Shown here: piece after piece, positions 57,020 to 64,000 of the stretch | Layout: the number at the start of each line of letters is the position of its first letter | Numbering within the stretch: position 1 is the first letter of the stretch | Source of the DNA: Adineta vaga | Taxonomy: Eukaryota > Animalia > Rotifera | Reading direction: 5' to 3' | Length of the DNA stretch: 64,000 nucleotides | NCBI GenBank assembly: GCA_021613535.1 | Contig: CP075496.1 | Coordinates: 1,860,001 to 1,924,000, forward strand | Made by a program: the position numbers and the translations under genes | The notes under the pieces: generated by a model | Told to the model about the DNA's origin: nothing | Databases searched by the model: none | What the model saw: only the letters and a program-made list of their open reading frames with translations

Positions 57020-58771
57020 ATGTCGAGAAGTAATGGAAATAATCGAATAAGTGCATTAAAACGTCTTGGTAAATCATCGTCAATCAGCAGTATTAATCGT
57101 CGTCAGTTATTTGCAGGTGATCATTCTTCCGAAAAAGATGAACGAGATTTTTCCGCGCCACGAGGTTCACCATATGACGTAAGACAAATTACAAATCGAA
57201 CAGCATCAAGAGCATACGGAACAACACCGACGAATGTAATTGTTCGAAAAAATATTGAAGAAGTGAATAATGATAATGATAAAATGATTGTAATTACTGG
57301 ATTGAAGAATATGAAAATGAAAGACGGACGAGTAAAGAGAAGACATTTGTAAAAAAGAATGAAAAGGATAAATCTTTGCTTTTCGTATAGGTTATTCCAA
57401 CAGTACCAACTGATGTTACTCGAGCAGAAATAAATAAGAATGTTTTTGCAGCTGGATCGTCAACATTTGTAACTTTTCGCAATAATAATAATGTTAATAT
57501 GGGTTCAAATCCATCAAATGAGAAAATCTCTCTTACGAAAGTAAATTTTATCTTTATGACGTGAAGGAATTCGTCGAAATATTTTGTTTTCTATAGACAA
57601 TTACGAATACGACTATTCGTCGAGAAGATGATGATTATCGTACTCAAATGAAAACTACTTTTGCTGCTCAATCAACTCAAAAAATAGTTTGTAGTGTAGT
57701 CAATGATAAATATCAAAAGACACCAATACCATCACAAATGACAACAGCAATAATGGCAAATTCTCCTCGACATTATGATCCACCTCCAATGATCAAACGT
57801 TTACATGATGCTTGTATTCAAACAACACCTCCTCCATCTTCATCTCGATCACCAATTCGAATGAATATGTATCGTCAACTTTCTTCTACTAATACCATCG
57901 ATGATCAAGATCGTTCAATGACTCGAACAATTGATGATGAACTTTATGAACCACCCATCAAACGGACAATGTCAACAACAAGAAAAACAACTACTGGTAG
58001 AGAACAACCTTCATTATCATCAACAATCGTTGCACCTACAGGTGCACTGAAACGAAGTTCTGCAGGTGCACCAATTACAACAAAATCTACGTCAACGATG
58101 GTAAATTTACTTTATTTTCTTCATTATTATGATGTATTCTGTTGATTTATCTTTCTTTCTAGTCAAAATCGATATCGACTACACAATCTCAATCGAATCC
58201 GGGAACAATTTTAGTGACTAATCTTCTACCATCTGTTAGCGAAGAAGATGTTGTTGTATGTGATTATCATTTTTTTTCTTTTAAAGTAATCAATATTTGA
58301 TTGTTTGTTTATGAATTAGGAGCTCTTTAGTCAAATTGGTCGAATCATTGAAATCATTACATTAAGTGCAGGTTGTTTGCAAATTGTTTATGCTAAACGA
58401 GAATTTGCTGAACAAGCTGTTGTAAAATATCATAATCGTTTATTAGATGGACAATTTATCTATGTTAGTCTACAACAAACCGCAGCGTCATATTCAGCAA
58501 AACAATTATCTAAATCGACAAATAATTCTTCTCAACCAACAAAAGAAAATGGGTAAGATTATGTCTAATCTATTTCAATAATTTTCTTGATTTTCTTTCA
58601 TAAATTAGATCTTCAACAACTGCTCCACCAATTCCAACTAATCAACCACTAAAATTCAATACATCCTCAATGTCTTCAACTAAAATATCCATCGATCCAG
58701 CATTTATTCGTCAAGCACTGTTTCATCCATCGAATGATACACATCCTGTACAATTTCAAGTGAAACTTTAA
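57020..58771 (+). CDS. POLDIP3: Polymerase delta-interacting protein 3 / SKAR (RRM, TREX/EJC-associated)
   Basis: RRM ILVTNLLPSVSEEDVVELFSQIG..AVVKYHNRLLDGQ, and the characteristic C-terminus IDPAFIRQALF..PVQFQVKL. Confidence 0.85.
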
Positions 58772-58910
58772 TCTTTAACTTGTGTTTTTTTGATTGATTG
58801 TTTCTTTTCGATTTGCTTTGCATGTTACTTCATTTATCTTTGTGTATAAAGAAAAGTTAAACTAATTGAATACAATCGAAATCTTTCGAAAAATTTTTTC
58901 AGACAAAAAA

Positions 58911-59695
58911 ATGTTCATTCGTCAAATACAAATCTTTCGTTTATTATCTCGACAGAATTCATATAGATTTTTCGCGACAACAAATCTTCGTTTAAATTCA
59001 AAACAAGAAAATAATTCTTTCATAAATAAAATCGAACGAACTGAGATTTGTCCACTGGAAAATCAAGTACCAGTTGTAGCGAAATTGCCAACATATTTAC
59101 CAGCGCCAACAGGTGTAAAATCGAAATTATTTAATGACTTTTATTTAATATATCGATTTGGTTTTCATCGACCATTACGATATATTCAAGTTTTGAAACT
59201 TCTCCAAACGACAGCAACGTAAGTAAAATTGTATTTTCATTCAAGAATTTGAAGAAAAAACAATGTCATATCATTTATTTTCCTAGTCTTTTCATCACTC
59301 CATATCAAATTTACAATTATAATGAAGGTTTACTCTCTTTAGTCGAAGTTCAATTATCCTTATTTCTGTTAAGTCTTGCATCCTTCAGTTTATTTCTCTT
59401 TGGTTGGGCGGCAACACGAACTATTTGTTATATTTATACAACTGTTGAATGTGACCGTGTGATTCTCACGCACATTGATTTTTGGGGTCGACGTCAAAAT
59501 ATTGAATTCGACACACGTGATATCATTCCTATTAATGATATTGAAACACCAAATAAAACCATTTTACCTTTAAAACGTTATTCAACAATGGATGCAATGT
59601 ATTATTCCGCACGTATCGGTCAAATTCTTGATCGACCAAGATTTAATCGAATATTCGCTGGTATTATTACTCAAGATACAAAGCAATGGTGGTAA
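58911..59695 (+). CDS. TMEM186: Mitochondrial transmembrane protein 186 (complex I assembly)
   Basis: Arg-rich presequence MFIRQIQIFRLLSR, LIYRF..LKLLQT, two TM segments, and LTHIDFWGRRQN..DIIP. Confidence 0.8.
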
Positions 59696-59839
59696 AAAGC
59701 AAGTGTTTTGTTTATTTTGAATAAAAAGAAATTCAATATGAATTCTACTGAATGAAAAATCAAACTAATTAGTTATTTCTAAAAGGAAAACAAAAAAGAG
59801 AATGTTCAATGTGTTTTTTTTTTCTAAATATTATTTTGA

Positions 59840-61355
59840 TTAATCAAATGTAGAAAATGATGGTGAACGAATAATCGAACTTCCATCGAAAGTTTCATGA
59901 ATTTCATTTTCATTAATTCGAAATAAATTTTCTGTACTTAAACTAATATTTGCCGATGTTGGCCATCCACTATGACTACTCGCTAAATCAAATAATCCTG
60001 CTGTACCTTGTTCTTCAAGCGCACTCGATCGAATTGTTGTTGATTGAGTTGTAAAATGTGTCGATGTATTATTTATATTGATTGTTGATGATTTCTTCAT
60101 TAATTCATCTAATAATCGTGCATAAATTCTCAATTCATCTTCAATACTAAATCGTAATTCATGTGCCATCTGTTCAAAACGTAAACGTAGATCATCGTAT
60201 TCAATTTTTAATTTTTCTGAAACGTTTTTCTCTATCATTTGTTTTTCTCGAACTTTTCGTTCAATTTCATGTAAACGACTTTCTTCATCACGTAATAATC
60301 GACGTTTATCGGAGAGCATTTTTGTTAATTCATTCAATCGTATTTGTTCTTTATCATATTCCTACAAGAGAAAGAAGAAAAAAAGAAGTCATTTTAGGTT
60401 TGTTTCTTTTTTTTACTTCCATAATTGTTCGTAATTTTGTTTCTTCCATATGTAAACGATTCTTTTCAGTTTCTTGCATTGAACTATCGGGTAATCCAGG
60501 CATTTGTTTCAATTGATTTTCTACAAGACGTAATTGTCCTTCGATTTGATATTCTAATTCATCTTGAAATTTTTTTGCTTGTTTGGCATAATCACGTTTA
60601 ATATCTCGAATGGCATTTGTTAATTCTTCACGATAAAATAATAATGAATCATCTTTTGATTGATCTAAAAGACGTTTCCATTCATTGATTTCTTCTTCAT
60701 TTAATGCATTTATTAGATTAAGACGTTCACGTAGAGATTGTATTTCGTCTAATAAAGTTTGTTTATCAATAACTAAACGAAGCCAATCTTGTAAACGTTC
60801 ACGAAATTTATTTAATTCTTTAATTAAATCATCACGTGTCATAACAAGTTCTTCTTCAGTTGATCTTTCACGTTGAATAATACGATTTAATTCTTCTTGT
60901 AAACGATCAATTAGATGACGTAAATTTTCTTGTTTACGTTTATATAAATCTTGAATATTTCCATAGAGAGAAGATGCTCGCTGAAGTACACCTGTTTCTT
61001 GTTCAGCCGCACGTGAACGAACTTCATCTGTAGCACGACGTACTGCTCGATCATTGATTTGAAGAATAATTTGTTGTAAATCATTTTCATCACGTGGTAA
61101 AATTCCCCATTTGGAAAATTCATCTTTCAATTGACTTTGTAATTGTTCATTGAGACGTTTTAATTGTTCAATATTCGCAAGAAAATGTGAAAAACGATCA
61201 TTTAAATGACGTAATTCTTCTTTTTCTTTCACATCACGATCACGTTCACGTTGAACAAGTTCCATAGCTTTCCCGAGTTCTTCTCCACTTTGACCACCCA
61301 TAACACGACTTGTTGTACCAACATCGAATTCAAATTTCAAAACACGTTTCTCCAT
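59840..61355 (-). CDS. Divergent cytoplasmic intermediate filament protein (long rod, no lamin-tail domain)
   Basis: Coil 1A EKEELRHLNDRFSHFL, FYREELTNAIRDIKRDY, and rod-end SIEDELRIYARLLD. One intron at about 60362-60416. Confidence 0.85.
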
Positions 61356-62044
61356 GTTTAACGAAACAATCCGAATGAAAGTACGAAAAAAAGATGTTAA
61401 AACGAATAAACGATTTCTTTCTAATGACAATTTGATTTCACATTTAGATTTATGTCATTAGTGAAAGAAGAGAGAGAGAGAGGGAATCATTATTTTAAAC
61501 TTATACTTTGAAAGAGAAAGAAAAAAGGTATATGAAGCTTTGTGATAATCAATGTCATATAGGGTAAGAAGTTCAATAGTTGAACATACTCTTTGTATAT
61601 TCTAAATCATATTTACATTTATTGCTAATGATCAGAAGAAAAGAACTGAACAATACATCTTCTATAGTATGTCTGATATTCATCGTAAGACTTACGTTTA
61701 TTTTTCGAGTGTAAAGTTTCATCTTTTAACCTTCAAAAGAGCTCCGTTGAAAGGCTTTTCTATTCTTAAATACACCAATGATATCCGATTGATTTCTTTC
61801 GTTGAATATTGATACAAAAAGATCGATGTTGTATTTGTTTTATCTTAAACATTTCTCTCATTTTGTCGGTATTCGTTACTTGAAAAATGAAAAAGAAGGA
61901 GAAGGTATGAAAGCAAGACAAATACGTAAAATACAAAACAAAAGAGAGTGTGTGTGAGAGAGAGAGACAAGAAACGAAATGAAAAATAAAAAAAAGAAAG
62001 TAAAGTAATACGACGACTACAATAATACAAATAAACATTAATAA

Positions 62045-63909
62045 TTAAGCTTGCATTTTCACATGAGCTTTATTACTTCCTCGACAATAATACATTTTAT
62101 GTGCATCATAGGAACTTTTATGTCGAAAAGGAATTTGACATGATGAACAAAATGTTTCGATTGATTTCTTTTTTGAATTCGTTTGTTCATCAGTTTTTGG
62201 TCGTGATGAACAATAATTTGTCATATGTTGTTTTAATGTATCAATACTACCAAATTTAATATGACAATAAGGACAAGCGAATTTTTTCTTTAATAAAAAT
62301 CCATCAGATAATTTTTTCATTGAATTTATATCCATTGATTCAATCAGAACATTACGTGTGAGATTCACTGGATCAGATGATTTATCATTGGACAATGATG
62401 GTGAAGACGAAGAAGAAGACGACGATGACGATAAAGAAGAAGAAAGACTGAAATTAAAAAGCAAATATTAGTAAATCGATGAGATGATGATGAAGAAAAA
62501 TTTACTCAAGATCTTCATCAATTTTTTGTTCATTATTTGATTCATTCAAAATAAAATGAGACTCATTTAAATCATTATCATCTTGTTCATCATCATCACA
62601 TTTGATATTTGTATGTGTTAATTTCATATGACGAAGTAGATTCCATTTCGAACAAAATCTCGATTGACATTCTAAACATTCGAGTAGATTTTCTTTCGTA
62701 TGAACGCATTTAATATGATTTAATAACGATTCTTCTTGATCAAACATTGCTGAACATATTTTACATTTTAATAATAATTGTGATGTTGGTAATGTACTAT
62801 TTAATGTTGTTGTTATGATAATATCATCATCAGTACATGGTTCATTATTTGAAATATGAAATTTAAAATGCATACGCATTCCACGTAGAGTATTGCCACG
62901 ATATTTGCATAGACGACACATGAATGGTGATGAACGATGAGGTGGTAAATGAGAAGAATTCGTTGAATCATTAGGAGAAATAGATAGAGTTTTCGAGATT
63001 GGTGGAGATTGAGATCTACATGAAGTTTTTATTTAATTATTATTTCATATTTTTTATTTACTATTCTTACCGATTTAAATCATTCGTTGAATCATTGACT
63101 GTTGTATTGGTCGATGAATTATTATTATTACTTCCATTTTTCTTTTGTTTTCTATATTCGATACAATAATTTTCTTGATGAGCATGTAAAGTTTTCAATG
63201 AACTAAATCTTATTGAACAATAATCACATTCATAGATTTGTGGTTGAACATGATTAGTTGATTTTGTGATTGTTGATGAATTGAGTAAATTAAATAAATT
63301 TGTTGGCTTTTCAATTGTTAAATCCAAGGGTGAACTAGATTTTTCACTATTCTCTGGAGATTTCTTTGGTTTACTTAGATCTAATGGTTTATTATCATGA
63401 TTAGATGGTGATACTAATGGTTCAGAATTATCAAGTGATGATGAAACAATTGGCACAGGAATATAAATGAATTGTCCGATTTGAATAGGTCGATCGAATG
63501 GAATTGGTGGTCGAAATGAATTTGAGAGTGTTTGTTCATTAATTGGACGTGATGATGATGATGATGATGATTTCGTTCGACAATAGTGTAATTTATGTTG
63601 AAGAAGATTATCTGCTTTTGAAAATAAAATATCACATTCAGAACAATAAGTATCATTCGATGGGATTGATAAACGTTTTGTTGGAGAATTTGATGAATCA
63701 CTTGTCTCAATATGTTTGCGTTTCATGCTCTTTATTTTAACAGGCATTATTGAATCTATAAAACATGAATTTTTTTGTTTCGTTTTATGACAATAGCTGA
63801 CCTTTGTTTTTAGTTATAGATTAGTGTTATCTTTTATCTTTCTTTTTACCTGTTGAATGACTTTTTCTTGTTTCACTACGTTTTAAACAATAATGTTGTC
63901 GATGAGCAT
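62045..63909 (-). CDS. ZFPM: Friend-of-GATA / U-shaped zinc-finger co-repressor (5' end outside the window)
   Basis: Multiple CCHC FOG-type fingers (HRQHYC, HKLHYC, HQENYC, HMTNYC, HKMYYC), three C2H2 fingers, and CtBP-binding PLDLS and PLDLT motifs. Confidence 0.9.
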
Positions 63910-64000
63910 CTAAAGTACTTCGATTACTAAAACGAATACTACAATCGTCACAGGTGAAAATTAAAGCTAAATGAAAAGAAGATATTGAAGAAGAATGAGA

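Overview
AT-rich, gene-dense eukaryotic (animal) DNA with very short GT-AG introns, mostly about 45-70 nt. The style and gene content suggest a bdelloid rotifer (Adineta-like); this is an inference. I resolve 20 spliced protein-coding genes: ceramide synthase (partial), a SERTA-domain protein, PLC-beta, CCDC22, TRAIP, an orphan coiled-coil gene, cytochrome b5, Acinus, a peptide-type class A GPCR, two tandem paralogues resembling stand-alone KCTD C-terminal (GFRP-like) domains, an ARM-TIR-SAM protein, L1CAM/neuroglian, a four-LIM protein, a GT43 glucuronosyltransferase, PSMC4, POLDIP3, TMEM186, a divergent intermediate filament and FOG/U-shaped (partial). There is also a decayed partial duplicate of the SERTA gene and one assembly gap. 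I recognised no rRNA, tRNA, CRISPR or intact transposon. The most interesting observations are: (1) a GPCR whose very long extracellular loop 2 holds a furin-site-flanked, two-cysteine peptide cassette; (2) a 6-nt microexon at the putative catalytic glutamate of a domain-permuted SARM1-like TIR protein; (3) three operon-like same-strand clusters with 120-195 nt spacers ending in unpaired splice acceptors, consistent with SL trans-splicing; (4) BTB-less KCTD-CTD paralogues; (5) an intronic stem with strand-biased G-U pairs; (6) unannotated cassette exons in L1CAM and PLC-beta. Exon boundaries were read by eye and homology calls are from remembered motifs, not database searches.
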